Below, piece by piece: positions 1 to 9,386 of a stretch of 64,000 bases of DNA; the stretch's first letter is position 1; each line of letters begins with the position of its first letter. The translations under genes and the position numbers were made by a program. This DNA is from Deltaproteobacteria bacterium (lineage in GTDB: Bacteria; Myxococcota_A; Bradymonadia; REDH01). The notes beneath the pieces were generated by a model that was not told where the DNA came from, made no database searches, and worked only from the letters and a program-made list of their open reading frames with translations. The DNA is taken from contig REDH01000113.1 of assembly GCA_007693585.1 (NCBI GenBank), positions 2,500 to 66,499 of the forward strand, written 5' to 3'.

Positions 1-669
1 CGATTCGTCCTCGTCTCGTCCGTGGCAGCCCAGGGCCCAAGCCCGGATGGCCAACCGCTCCCGTCCGACCGGCCTCCCGCCCCGAGAAGTCACTATGGAC
101 GCGCCAAGGCCGAGGCCGAGGCGCTGGTGCTCGCCGACGAGAACGCGTTCGCCGGCACGGTGCTCCGCCCACCGACGATCCACGGTCCGGGGGACGACCG
201 ACTCCTGCCCCTGTTCCGGGCCATCCAGCGCATCGGGGTGGCCACACTCCCCCGCCCGGCCATGGGAAGCTCCTGGATCCACGTGGCGGATTGCGCGGAC
301 GCCATTGTCCGTCTCGCGGACACGGACCACGACGAGCGCGCGGTCTTCGGTGTCGCGGACGGCCCCCCGCGAGCCTGGCCGCAGGTGATCGCCACCATCG
401 GTACAGCCTTGGGCAGGAAGGCCCGGACCATACGCATTCCCGTCCCCGTGCTCCATGGCGCAGCGACCGCAGCGGAGTGGATGGGACGCCTCCGATCCCG
501 GCCCGTGCTCTTCACCAGGGACAAGGTCTCGGACATGCAGCAGGCGTGGTGGGTGAGCTGTCCGCTCGCACTGGAGTCCGCCATCGGCTGGCAGTCCCGA
601 CAGGACTTCGACTCGGCGATCCACGCCATGGCGCAGTCCTGGCGAGACGCCGGGCAGCTCCGCGACTGA
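1..669 (+). CDS. NAD-dependent epimerase/dehydratase family protein, C-terminal part (gene continues upstream of window)
   Basis: Frame is open from nt 1 (RFVLVSSVAAQGP...). Contains YGRAKAEAE (SDR YxxxK), IHGPGD and WIHVADCADA, typical of extended SDR epimerases. Stop at 667-669. Confidence 0.7.
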   Translation, partial: RFVLVSSVAAQGPSPDGQPLPSDRPPAPRSHYGRAKAEAEALVLADENAFAGTVLRPPTIHGPGDDRLLPLFRAIQRIGVATLPRPAMGSSWIHVADCADAIVRLADTDHDERAVFGVADGPPRAWPQVIATIGTALGRKARTIRIPVPVLHGAATAAEWMGRLRSRPVLFTRDKVSDMQQAWWVSCPLALESAIGWQSRQDFDSAIHAMAQSWRDAGQLRD

Positions 670-881
670 GCGCAGCCCGACCGACATCCTTCGCTGTGCT
701 GTCACGAACCGATCCGCACGCGTCACGATCGTTGCACGCCACACACGGCAAGGTTGCCACAAGACCCGCGGAATGTCGGGGAGATGCCATCCACGATCGT
801 CATACTTGGACCGTCCCGTCGGCGCACGCCACGTGCGCCCTGCCGACCCCGTGGCCACCTCGACGAGTCCTGGAGGATGCG

Positions 882-2096
882 ATGCAGATGCCGATCATGA
901 TGGAGGGTGTCTCCGCCCGGTTGCGCCAGCCCGTGTCCCGGGCCCGGATATCCCTGAACAGGCACCTCTTCGCACGGGTCCATGGCTCCCAGCTCATCTA
1001 CAACACATGCTGGGAGGACCCGCGGCTCGACCGGGAGGCCATGGCCCTCGACCCCACCTCGCGGGTGCTCATGATCACGAGCGCAGGCTGCAACGCACTC
1101 GACTACCTGCTCGACGACCCGGCGGCGATCGACTGCGTCGACCTGAACCCTCGCCAGAACGCGCTTCTCGAGCTCAAGGTCGCCGCTCTGCGGGTCCTGG
1201 AGCACGACGACTTCTTCCAGCTCTTCGGACGGGGCTGGCACAGCCGGTTCCCGGGCCTGTACCACGGTCGTCTGCGCCCGCTTCTCTCCCGCAGTGCGCA
1301 GCGCTTCTGGGACGAAGCCGGTTCGGCCTTCCTTCCCGACGGTCGGCGACGATCGTTCTACTATCACGGCACGAGCGGCACCGTCGCCTGGGCCGTGACG
1401 CGGATGCTCCGGGTGCGGCCGCACCTTCGGCAGGCCCTCGACGCCCTCCTCGACAGCAGGTCGCCGGAAGCCCAGCGCTACTGGTTCGGCATCATCGAAG
1501 AGGCCCTCTGGAACGAGCCGTTCAAGTGGGTCTGCCGACGGAACGCCACCCTCTCCATGCTCGGCGTACCCCAGGCCCAGCGCGCACTCGTGGAACAGAC
1601 CGGAGGTCTCGTCGACTTCATGCAGCAGTCACTTCGCCGGGTCTTCCTCGACCTCCCCGTGGCCGACAACTACTTCTGGCGCGTCTACCTCACCGGAAGC
1701 TACACCCGGTCGTGCTGCCCCAACTACCTTCGACCCGAACACTTCGACACGCTGCGCGATCGCGTGGACCGCCTCCGCATCCACACCCGCTCGCTCGGTG
1801 ATCACATGCGGCTCCACGACAACGAGTGGTCGCACTTCGTGCTGCTGGACCATCAGGACTGGCTCGCCCACGAAGCCCCGGACCAGCTCGTGGATGAGTG
1901 GGTCCAGCTCCTCTCGCACGCCACGCCCCGCGCCACCTGGCTGCTCCGCACCGGCGGACACCACATCGATTTCCTCCCCTCGTTCGTGCACAGCCGCGTG
2001 GCCTTCTCCGCAGCCGACGACCTTCACGCCCGGGATCGCGTCGGCACCTACGGGCGATTCTTCGTCGGACGACGTGCCGCGCGCCCCGACGCCTGA
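882..2096 (+). CDS. btaA: S-adenosylmethionine:diacylglycerol 3-amino-3-carboxypropyl transferase-like protein (BtaA / DUF3419 family)
   Basis: ATG at 882 inside ORF 291..2096. N-terminus YNTCWEDPRLDREAMALDP..VLMITSAGCNALDYLLDDP..IDCVDLNPRQNALLELK is the hallmark DUF3419/BtaA block. The upstream part of the ORF overlaps the epimerase gene and is Arg/Pro junk. Confidence 0.8.
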   Translation: MQMPIMMEGVSARLRQPVSRARISLNRHLFARVHGSQLIYNTCWEDPRLDREAMALDPTSRVLMITSAGCNALDYLLDDPAAIDCVDLNPRQNALLELKVAALRVLEHDDFFQLFGRGWHSRFPGLYHGRLRPLLSRSAQRFWDEAGSAFLPDGRRRSFYYHGTSGTVAWAVTRMLRVRPHLRQALDALLDSRSPEAQRYWFGIIEEALWNEPFKWVCRRNATLSMLGVPQAQRALVEQTGGLVDFMQQSLRRVFLDLPVADNYFWRVYLTGSYTRSCCPNYLRPEHFDTLRDRVDRLRIHTRSLGDHMRLHDNEWSHFVLLDHQDWLAHEAPDQLVDEWVQLLSHATPRATWLLRTGGHHIDFLPSFVHSRVAFSAADDLHARDRVGTYGRFFVGRRAARPDA

Positions 2097-2133
2097 GCAG
2101 CCCTCACCCATGGCCCGCCGAGCCCATCACCCT

Positions 2134-2197
2134 GCCGGGCAACACGCCGGCCGGGCAACACGCCGGCCGGGCAACACGCCGGCCGGGCAACACGCAC
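2134..2197. repeat. Perfect tandem repeat, 16-bp unit GCCGGGCAACACGCCG x3 plus a fourth unit differing only at its end (GCCGGGCAACACGCAC)
   Basis: Read directly from the sequence. Lies in the 204-nt btaA-btaB spacer and is followed by the small hairpin GCACGC-GGA-GCGTGC (2194-2208). Confidence 0.95.
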
Positions 2198-2300
2198 GCG
2201 GAGCGTGCACCATCGCCCTTGCCACCGGGACGCCCCTGCCCCAGTTCTCCGAACACGGGGCCCCCACACGACGCACCCCTCCCCGCACCGGATCCCCACG

Positions 2301-2915
2301 ATGAGCCGAGCCGACCATGTCGCGGGCTACTACCGCTTCCATGCCCCCATCTACGACCTCACGCGCTGGACCTTCCTCTTTCACCGCCGGCGCGCCGTCG
2401 AGTGGACCGGCCTCGACGGTCCCCCCCGACGCGTGCTCGAGGTCGGCTGCGGGACCGGCATCAACCTCGTCCGTCTCGCGCACCTGTGGCCGCACGCCGA
2501 GATCGTCGGCGTCGATCTCTCGGGGGCCATGCTCGCCCGCGCCAGAGCGCGTCTCGCTCCCTTCGGCGACCGCGTCCGCCTGCACGAGGGCGCCTACGGC
2601 GTCGACGACACGTTCACCGGCTGGCCGGACGCCCTCCTCTTCTCGTACAGCCTCACCATGATGGGCGAGGCGTTGCCATCGGTCCTCGACGCCGCCCGAC
2701 GCGACCTCGCGGAGGGCGGCCGGGTGATCGCCGTGGACTTCGACGACACCCCCTCCCGAACCTTCCGGCACTGGATGCGCGCCAACCACGTGGATGTCGA
2801 CGGTCGCGTGCTGCGGTCGCTGCACGACCGGTTCCACACGCGACGCCAGGAGACCGGCCAGGCCTTCGGCGGGCTCTGGAGCACGTTCCTCTTCGCCGGC
2901 TCCCCCCGCAGATAA
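2301..2915 (+). CDS. btaB: Class I SAM-dependent methyltransferase, BtaB-like by context
   Basis: ATG at 2301 in ORF 2205..2915. Has the SAM-binding motif I VLEVGCGTGIN and sits directly downstream of btaA, as in known btaAB operons. Confidence 0.6.
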   Translation: MSRADHVAGYYRFHAPIYDLTRWTFLFHRRRAVEWTGLDGPPRRVLEVGCGTGINLVRLAHLWPHAEIVGVDLSGAMLARARARLAPFGDRVRLHEGAYGVDDTFTGWPDALLFSYSLTMMGEALPSVLDAARRDLAEGGRVIAVDFDDTPSRTFRHWMRANHVDVDGRVLRSLHDRFHTRRQETGQAFGGLWSTFLFAGSPRR

Positions 2916-3020
2916 CCCGCGCCTCCCCGGGAACCACGACGCCGAGTGCGCGGCGTATCCTGACCGGCGCCGTGCGAACGGCACCATGCGTCACCGGGCT
3001 CCTCGCGCATGTCCGTGGAC

Positions 3021-5291
3021 TCAGCGGCGTCCTCGGCGTCCGCGCCGGGTCGGCACCGGCGCCGGCTCCGGTGCCGAGATGAACGATGGCTCGACCCCCA
3101 TCTCGCGCAGCACGTGGTGCGCCCCGTCCACACGGTCCATGACCCAGAGCATGTAGCGCACGTCCACGTGGATGGACCGGGTGCGCACGGGATCGAAGAC
3201 CCAGTCGCTCGCCATGGCTTCGTAGTTGCCGTCAAAGAGCAGCCCGACGAGTCGACCGTTGCGATCCAGGGTCGCCGAACCGCTGTTCCCGCCGGTGGTG
3301 TCGAGGGTGGACAGGAAGTTGACCGGCACCGAACCGAGGGCATCGCAATGCCACGGGCTCGGCTCGGCGGCCCGGATGGCATCGAGCAGCTGCGGCGGAG
3401 AGGCAAAGGGCGCTTCGCCCCGCTCCTTCTCCAGAAGACCCGCGAGGGTCGTCTGCGGCCTGTACGTCACGGCGTCGGGTCCGTCGTAGCCTCGGACCTG
3501 GCCGAAGGTCACGCGCAGCGTGCCATTCGCATCCGGGTAGAGTTCCGTGCCTGCGCTCTCCTGCAGCACCGACATGAACACCGGCCTGAGACGCGACTCC
3601 GCCCCCGCCCGGGCCCGGGATCGCTCGAGAATCTCCTGCTCGAGAGAGGAAAGATCGCGGGCCAGCGCGATGAGCGGGTCGTCCGATGCGGCGAGCGACG
3701 CGCGACTGGCCTCGAACGCCTCGATCCGTGCCTCCGGACCGGTGAGCGCCGTGCCGGAGAGGACGTGGTGCGCCGCCGCCTCCGCGGGATCATCCTCCCC
3801 GGCAAAACGCTCGAGCAGCGCGTCCACCGCCTCGATCCTCGCCGTCTCGGGAAGAAGCGCCGCCTGGGCCATCCAGTAGGCCAGAAGGCGCTGGTCGGCC
3901 ACCGCATCCAGTGAGCGGTCCAGGCGCTCCATCCGCTCCCGGATACGCGGCCAGTCGCGTTCCTGAAATCCGGCGTCTCGCTCCAGGTCATCCGCCTTGT
4001 CGCGCTCGCCCGAGAGGCGCCACAGTGTCCCCGCCGCTCCGAGCATGCGCACGTTCCAGCGCATCCACGAGAACAGGCGCTCCCGCTGGTCGTCGGCCTG
4101 CCCCCGCTCGATCACCGCGGCGAGCTCGTCGAGGGCTTCGAGGGCCCGCGCGTCAGCGGTCGCCCGCAGCGCCTCGCGCATGGCCTGCTCGCGCGACACG
4201 CTGCGCGCGACCGCCCCGGACGACGTGATCCCGTCCAGGATCCCTCGACTGTACTTCTCGAAGTTGGCGAGCCCGAACCGCATGCTGTTCAGCCGGACCC
4301 GCGCCTCGTCGTCCTCGTCCATCCGCGCGTCCAGGATGGCGAGCACGTCCTGCATCCGCTCGATCTGCCACGGGGTCGACACGTCCCGCGCAAAGCGCAT
4401 CTCGTCCGCTGTCCGGTAGCGGAAGGTACGCCCGGGGTAGCCCGCGACCATGACGAAGTCACCCTCCGAGACACCCGCCGTCCCGATCTCGAGGTGATGC
4501 GCCGGCCGGTAGGGGACGTTGTCCTCGTGGTGGGGGGCCGGGACTCCGTCGGGCCCGACGTAGGCCCGAAACACCGTGAAGTCCCCGGTGTGCCGCGGCC
4601 ACCGCCAGTTGTCCTCGTCCCCGCCGTAGAAGCCGATCCCCTCGGACGGCGCATAGACGATCCGCACGTCCTCGATCTCGAGCTGGCGGATCAGAAGATA
4701 CCGCGTTCCGTTGAACATCGGGGCGACCCGACAGCGCCACGGCCCTCCTTCCTCGCACTCGGCCACCAGCGCCTTCTCCTGGCGGTCCATCGCCTCCCAG
4801 CGCGAGAGATCGTCCGCCGCGCCGTCCCGGGCCGCGAACATCGCTTCCGAGACATCCGTGCTCTCGGTCGTGACAAAGACCCGCGAGCCAGGCCCGGCCC
4901 AGCGCTCATCCGTTCGATTCGCGGCCAGAAACCCGTCCCGCCACAGGTTCTCCTCCGCCGACGAGTTCAGCGTCAGGGCACCCTCGGCGCAGTGATGGTT
5001 CGTGAGCACCAGTCCATCGCCGGAGACGAAGGCGGCGCTGCACCCACCGAGCGAGACGATCGCCCCCAGCGGCGGCGCCTCCAGATCGGCGAGTCGGTCG
5101 GCGTCCACCGTCAGTCCGGCGGCGCGGAGATCCTCGCTCACGGCGGGAAGCTGCTCGGGGAGCCACATGCCTTCGCCGGCGACGACGGGATCGGCGAGGA
5201 AGAGTGGAGCAACGGCGCAGGCGACGAGGGCCACGAGGCCGACGGGCCGCGCACGGCGCTGCAGCCGGGACGGGGATGAGTGGACAGCCAT
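3021..5291 (-). CDS. S46 family peptidase (DPP7/DPP11-like dipeptidyl-peptidase), secreted
   Basis: Signal peptide, then GEGMWLP, GGCSAAFVSGDGLVLTNHHC (catalytic His region) and TTGGNSGSATLDRNGRLVGLLFDGN (catalytic Ser). These are classic S46 signatures. Confidence 0.85.
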   Translation of the reverse strand: MAVHSSPSRLQRRARPVGLVALVACAVAPLFLADPVVAGEGMWLPEQLPAVSEDLRAAGLTVDADRLADLEAPPLGAIVSLGGCSAAFVSGDGLVLTNHHCAEGALTLNSSAEENLWRDGFLAANRTDERWAGPGSRVFVTTESTDVSEAMFAARDGAADDLSRWEAMDRQEKALVAECEEGGPWRCRVAPMFNGTRYLLIRQLEIEDVRIVYAPSEGIGFYGGDEDNWRWPRHTGDFTVFRAYVGPDGVPAPHHEDNVPYRPAHHLEIGTAGVSEGDFVMVAGYPGRTFRYRTADEMRFARDVSTPWQIERMQDVLAILDARMDEDDEARVRLNSMRFGLANFEKYSRGILDGITSSGAVARSVSREQAMREALRATADARALEALDELAAVIERGQADDQRERLFSWMRWNVRMLGAAGTLWRLSGERDKADDLERDAGFQERDWPRIRERMERLDRSLDAVADQRLLAYWMAQAALLPETARIEAVDALLERFAGEDDPAEAAAHHVLSGTALTGPEARIEAFEASRASLAASDDPLIALARDLSSLEQEILERSRARAGAESRLRPVFMSVLQESAGTELYPDANGTLRVTFGQVRGYDGPDAVTYRPQTTLAGLLEKERGEAPFASPPQLLDAIRAAEPSPWHCDALGSVPVNFLSTLDTTGGNSGSATLDRNGRLVGLLFDGNYEAMASDWVFDPVRTRSIHVDVRYMLWVMDRVDGAHHVLREMGVEPSFISAPEPAPVPTRRGRRGRR

Positions 5292-5459
5292 GGGGAGCCT
5301 CGTTCGTGTTCCTGCGGGAGGAGTGGTGGGGGCGCGGGGGTATGCGGGCCGCGGGCGTGGGATGGCTCTCGACGCGGTGGGCTGCCGGATCTGCAGGGTT
5401 CCACGGAGCGTCGGACGGTCGGTCCTCCGCGGACCGGGTCGGAGGGGTCGGGGCCTGGC

Positions 5460-6116
5460 TCAGGACTCGGTCACGCTGCGGCCGCCGTTCCTGCGGCGCC
5501 GGGCATAGTTGAGCTGCCCCACCATGCTCTCGAGCGCCGCGAGCCCGAAGGTGATCTTCTTGAAGAAGCTGGGGTTGTGGGCCACAAAGACGAACCGGGG
5601 GTGTCGGGACCACAGATCCCGCAGGCGCCGGTCCACGGCGACGGCTTCCTCGTTGGACTCGATGCGGGTCGGGTTGCCTCCCTCGATCGACATGTCCCCG
5701 ACAGCGGCGCTCTCGAAGAAGATGACCGCGTCGTAGCGGGCGAGCTCCGCGTCGAGGCTGGTGCCCATCGCGGCGAAGAAGTCGCCGTCTTCCTCGGGCC
5801 AGTAGGCGGCCCCATCGACCGTGCCGCGATCGCAGAGCAGCACGCGATCGGGGTACTGGGCGGCCTGGATGGTCTCGAGGCTGCGCTGGACGTGAAAGAT
5901 CGCACTTTGTGCGGCCCGCTGCGCCCGCGCGTCTCCGGTTCTGGGGAGCCCTCCGGAGAACAGCATGGTCGCCGACTCGGGAACGATCACGGCGCGCTCC
6001 CCGATCTCGCGCCGAAACAGATCCGCCGCGGTGGTCTTTCCTCCGCCAGGCCCTCCGGTGAGGACGATGCGATGGCATCCGTTGGGATCGAGTTCGGCCG
6101 TCTCTTGCTGGGTCAT
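5460..6116 (-). CDS. P-loop ATPase (AAA_28/NadR-C-terminal-like family)
   Basis: Walker A GGPGGGKTT near the N-terminus, then LLCDRG and AAYW motifs. Start chosen at MTQQETAEL (6116); the ORF could extend to 6188. Confidence 0.55.
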   Translation of the reverse strand: MTQQETAELDPNGCHRIVLTGGPGGGKTTAADLFRREIGERAVIVPESATMLFSGGLPRTGDARAQRAAQSAIFHVQRSLETIQAAQYPDRVLLCDRGTVDGAAYWPEEDGDFFAAMGTSLDAELARYDAVIFFESAAVGDMSIEGGNPTRIESNEEAVAVDRRLRDLWSRHPRFVFVAHNPSFFKKITFGLAALESMVGQLNYARRRRNGGRSVTES

Positions 6117-6200
6117 CGCGTCACGGGGTCCGGAAGGCAGAGGGAGCGTCGTCTCGCGGCCAGCCACGGGGCACCGGCGGTTCGACACGAAATGCGGGAG

Positions 6201-6497
6201 TCATCGGAAGCGATCGGGGCGCCAGACCCGGACCGTGGACTGCCAGACCACGAGGGACCGGTGCGCGAAGTAACGACGCGCGAGCTCGTCCACGATACGC
6301 GAGGCCGTCTCGGCGGTCACGACTGTCTCGATTCGGGCGTTGGCCCCCTCGACGACCTCGAGCTGGAATCCCTGCACCGGATCGCCCTGGGCCCGGCTGA
6401 CCGAGAAGCCCGAGGCGCCTGCCTTGCGCAAGAGATCGATCACGCGGTCCTCCAGTCCCGGCTCGCAGAGGATGGTCAGCAGTTCGCGTTCGTTCAT
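6201..6497 (-). CDS. sbtB: P-II-like signalling protein, SbtB-like partner of the upstream transporter
   Basis: 98-aa protein MNERELLTILCEPGLEDRVIDLLRKAGASGFSVSRAQG.. with a beta-alpha-beta P-II-like pattern. Its start codon overlaps the sbtA-like stop (ATGA at 6494-6497). Confidence 0.6.
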   Translation of the reverse strand: MNERELLTILCEPGLEDRVIDLLRKAGASGFSVSRAQGDPVQGFQLEVVEGANARIETVVTAETASRIVDELARRYFAHRSLVVWQSTVRVWRPDRFR

Positions 6498-7546
6498 GGG
6501 GAGCCCAGAGCAGGAGCGAGGGTCGACGTCAGCCAGATGAAGTAGGGTACCCCGATCGCGAGGTTGAAGGGAAAGGTCACGCCGAGCGACGCGCCGAGGT
6601 AGATGCCCGGGTTGGCCTCGGGAAGTGCAACTCGGCACGCCGCCGTCGCCGCGATGTAGGACGCGCTGCCGGCGAGGGTGGCCAGCAGCGCAGCCCCACC
6701 GGGCCCGAGACCGGAGAGCAGGCCGACGACGCCGCCGATCGTACCGTTCACGATGGCGGCGACCACGCCCAGGACGGCGACGAACGGCCCGGCCTTGCGG
6801 AGCCCTGCGAGCCGCCGCGCGGCGAGCATGCCCATCTCGATCATGAACAGCGCGAGCACGCCCTGAAACGGACCGACGAAGAGCGGATCCACAGCGGCGG
6901 CACGCTCGGGACCGGCCAGCCAGCCGATCGCGATGCCCCCGGCGAGGAGCAGGATGCTGCGGCCCGTGAGCACCTCGTGCAGGAGGGTACCCCACCCGTT
7001 CTCCGGCACGTCTTCATCGGCCGGGGCTCCAGAAGCCGGCCGCTCCTCGGCTCCGCTCCCCGAAGGGCCGCCGAGCGCGAGCATTCCCCGCCGGGCGAGG
7101 AACAGGCCGACGACGATCGAGGGCACCTCGAGCACGGCCATCAGCGCGGGCATGAAGCCCTCGTAGGGAATGTCCGACAGGTCGAGCACCGTCTGGCACG
7201 CGATGAAGGTGACCGCGGACACCGAGCCGTAGTGGGCGGCCAGTCCGCCCGCGTCGGCGGGCCCCATCCGACCGACCCGCCGGGACACGACGTAGATCCA
7301 CAGCGGGATGAACAGGCCGATGGCGATGCACGCGACCAGCGGCAGCCACAGGTCGGCGAGCGCGGTCTGCGAGACGGCAACACCGCCCTTCAGCCCGATG
7401 GCGAAGAGCAGGTAGATGGTCAGCGCGGAGTACAGCGCCGGCGGGATCTTGAGGTCGCTGCGGATCGCCACGGCCATGAGCCCCAGACCGAAGCACAGCA
7501 CGGGCACCGAGAGGAGATTCGTCTGGAGAATGTCGAGGGACGACAT
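6494..7546 (-). CDS. sbtA: Sodium-dependent bicarbonate transport family permease (SbtA/DUF897-like)
   Basis: Polytopic membrane protein: LLSVPVLCFGLGLMAVAIRSDLKIPPALYSALTIYLLFAIGLKGG..AAHYGSVSAVTF.. Start at MSSLDILQ (7546) within ORF 6494..7621. Confidence 0.75.
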   Translation of the reverse strand: MSSLDILQTNLLSVPVLCFGLGLMAVAIRSDLKIPPALYSALTIYLLFAIGLKGGVAVSQTALADLWLPLVACIAIGLFIPLWIYVVSRRVGRMGPADAGGLAAHYGSVSAVTFIACQTVLDLSDIPYEGFMPALMAVLEVPSIVVGLFLARRGMLALGGPSGSGAEERPASGAPADEDVPENGWGTLLHEVLTGRSILLLAGGIAIGWLAGPERAAAVDPLFVGPFQGVLALFMIEMGMLAARRLAGLRKAGPFVAVLGVVAAIVNGTIGGVVGLLSGLGPGGAALLATLAGSASYIAATAACRVALPEANPGIYLGASLGVTFPFNLAIGVPYFIWLTSTLAPALGSP

Positions 7547-7598
7547 GGACCGGGGAACAGCGAGGGGGAGCCAGCGACGTGGGTGCGTCCCTCCGTGC

Positions 7599-9287
7599 TC
7601 AGGGCACGGCGATGACGACACCCGGGCTCTCTACTCCATCCCGGCTGACCGTGGCCAGCGCCCACCGGCCCGGACCCGGATCGAAGCGATCGGCCGATGG
7701 GCCGAGAATGTCCACGAGCACCCAATCGTCATCGCCTTCATCGCGGTAGACTGTGGCCCCGCGCAGGGGGCGCGCGTCGCGGTGCGTGATGGTGTAGGGC
7801 TGCCCGTCTCCCCCCTCCAGCAGCGGGGGGAGGACCTCACGTTGTCGAGCGGCGACGAGCGGGGGCGAGAGCGCCGGTTCGGGGTGGAACTCGTCCCGGA
7901 AGACAGCGAGAATCCCCTGCCGATCCTCGAGCAGCGGACCGATCTGGTACCAGATGTTGCCGCGGGAGTTGCGGTGGCGCATCGAGCGGCTGATCCGGAG
8001 CTGCTCACGGAACTCGTCGATGGTCCAGTCGGAGTCCGAGCCAAGCTGGGACAGGTAGTTGCCCGCAAATACATGAAGCTCCACATGAACCCCCGTCCAC
8101 CACGTGAGCAGCGGCTCGTAGGCCTGCGCGGTGCGCGTGGTGGGCCAGTAGAGCTGGGGGGCCACGTAGTCCACCCAGCCCTCCTCCATCCAGCGCACCG
8201 GGTCCGCATACAGGCTGGCGTACGCATCGAGTCCGGTGATGCCGGGTGGCTGACCCGGCCGGTAGATGCCGAAGGGCGAGATCCCGAAGCGCACGGAGCT
8301 GTCCAGCTCCAGGATTCGCTCATGCACGCGCTGCACCATGGTGTGAACGTTCTCCCGACGCCAGTCTGCGAGGGAGAGCGTCCCTCCGGAGGCCTGGTAG
8401 GCCGCGAAGGTGTCGTCGTCGGGAAAGGGCACCCCCTGGACCGGATAGGGATAGAAGTAGTCGTCGAAGTGAATGCCGTCGACGTCATACCCCGTGACCA
8501 GCTCCGTGATGACGTCGAGCAGGCGCTGCTGGACCGGTTCGGCGGCCGGATCCATCCAGGTGCCGTTGCCGTACGGATAGGCGTACTGGGGGTATCGGGA
8601 CGCCATGTGGCTGGACGCGAGAGCCGAGCTTGCGGACACCCGCGCTCGATAGGGGTTGAGCCAGGCGTGCACCTCGATGCCCCGGGGGTGGGCGAGCGCG
8701 ATGAGTTCCTCGAGCGGATCGATGCCCGGGTCATCCCCCTGTCGCCCGCTGAGGAAACGGCTCCACGGGTCGTGGGACGAGCGGAAGAACGCGTCCCCCT
8801 CCGGTCGCACCTGGAAGAAGATCGCATTGAAGCCCGCCTCGGCGGACACGTCGACGAGCCGGGAGAGCTCCTCGCGGAGCTGCGCCGGCGCGCGGCCCGC
8901 AGCGCTGGGAAAGTTGATCGCCCACGCCGTGGCGATCCAGATGCCGCGCAGCTCCCGTTCGTGCGAGACGGCGACGAGTTCGCCGGGTTCCGCAGGCTCG
9001 CCCGTCACCACACCGGGCCCGGTGGACGATGGTGTCCCGGGCGGCGCTCCGGACGTCGGCGCGGAAGAAGGCCCACCGGACGACGGTGCAGGCGGCGACG
9101 CAGTCGATTCGGCTCCAGTCGCCGGTGAACCGGAGGGGTCGGAGCCCGGAGGAGGGTCGGTCGCGGCAATGCTGGAACGGGCATCGGAGGCGCGGCCCGG
9201 TCCGGCGAAGGGGTCATCGACCTCGACCTCGGAGAGGCATGCAGCGAGGAGGCTGGTGCTCAGAAGGACGAGCAGGGGGCGGCGCAT
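7599..9287 (-). CDS. Glycoside hydrolase-like family 10 (GHL10/DUF187, YngK-like) lipoprotein
   Basis: Lipobox LLAAC and a Pro/Ser-rich linker, followed by RGIWIATAWAINFPS..FNAIFFQVRPEGDAFF..GIEVHAWLNPYRA..DGIHFDDYFYP. Confidence 0.65.
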   Translation of the reverse strand: MRRPLLVLLSTSLLAACLSEVEVDDPFAGPGRASDARSSIAATDPPPGSDPSGSPATGAESTASPPAPSSGGPSSAPTSGAPPGTPSSTGPGVVTGEPAEPGELVAVSHERELRGIWIATAWAINFPSAAGRAPAQLREELSRLVDVSAEAGFNAIFFQVRPEGDAFFRSSHDPWSRFLSGRQGDDPGIDPLEELIALAHPRGIEVHAWLNPYRARVSASSALASSHMASRYPQYAYPYGNGTWMDPAAEPVQQRLLDVITELVTGYDVDGIHFDDYFYPYPVQGVPFPDDDTFAAYQASGGTLSLADWRRENVHTMVQRVHERILELDSSVRFGISPFGIYRPGQPPGITGLDAYASLYADPVRWMEEGWVDYVAPQLYWPTTRTAQAYEPLLTWWTGVHVELHVFAGNYLSQLGSDSDWTIDEFREQLRISRSMRHRNSRGNIWYQIGPLLEDRQGILAVFRDEFHPEPALSPPLVAARQREVLPPLLEGGDGQPYTITHRDARPLRGATVYRDEGDDDWVLVDILGPSADRFDPGPGRWALATVSRDGVESPGVVIAVP

Positions 9288-9386
9288 GGATGTCCTGAGG
9301 CTGACGCGATGCGGGGCGCCGCGGTGGATGTGGGACAACCGCGGTGGTGCGCAGCATAGGCCATGTGCCGGTGCTTGCGAAGGGGC

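Noticed and set aside
291-881. N-terminal 197-aa extension of the btaA ORF (ORF track 291-2096)
   Set aside because: The extension overlaps the epimerase gene in another frame and is Arg/Pro-rich. The conserved BtaA block begins just after the ATG at 882.
2134-2197. Could the 16-bp repeats be a CRISPR array?
   Set aside because: The units are directly adjacent with no spacers, the unit is too short, and no cas genes are nearby. This is a simple tandem repeat.
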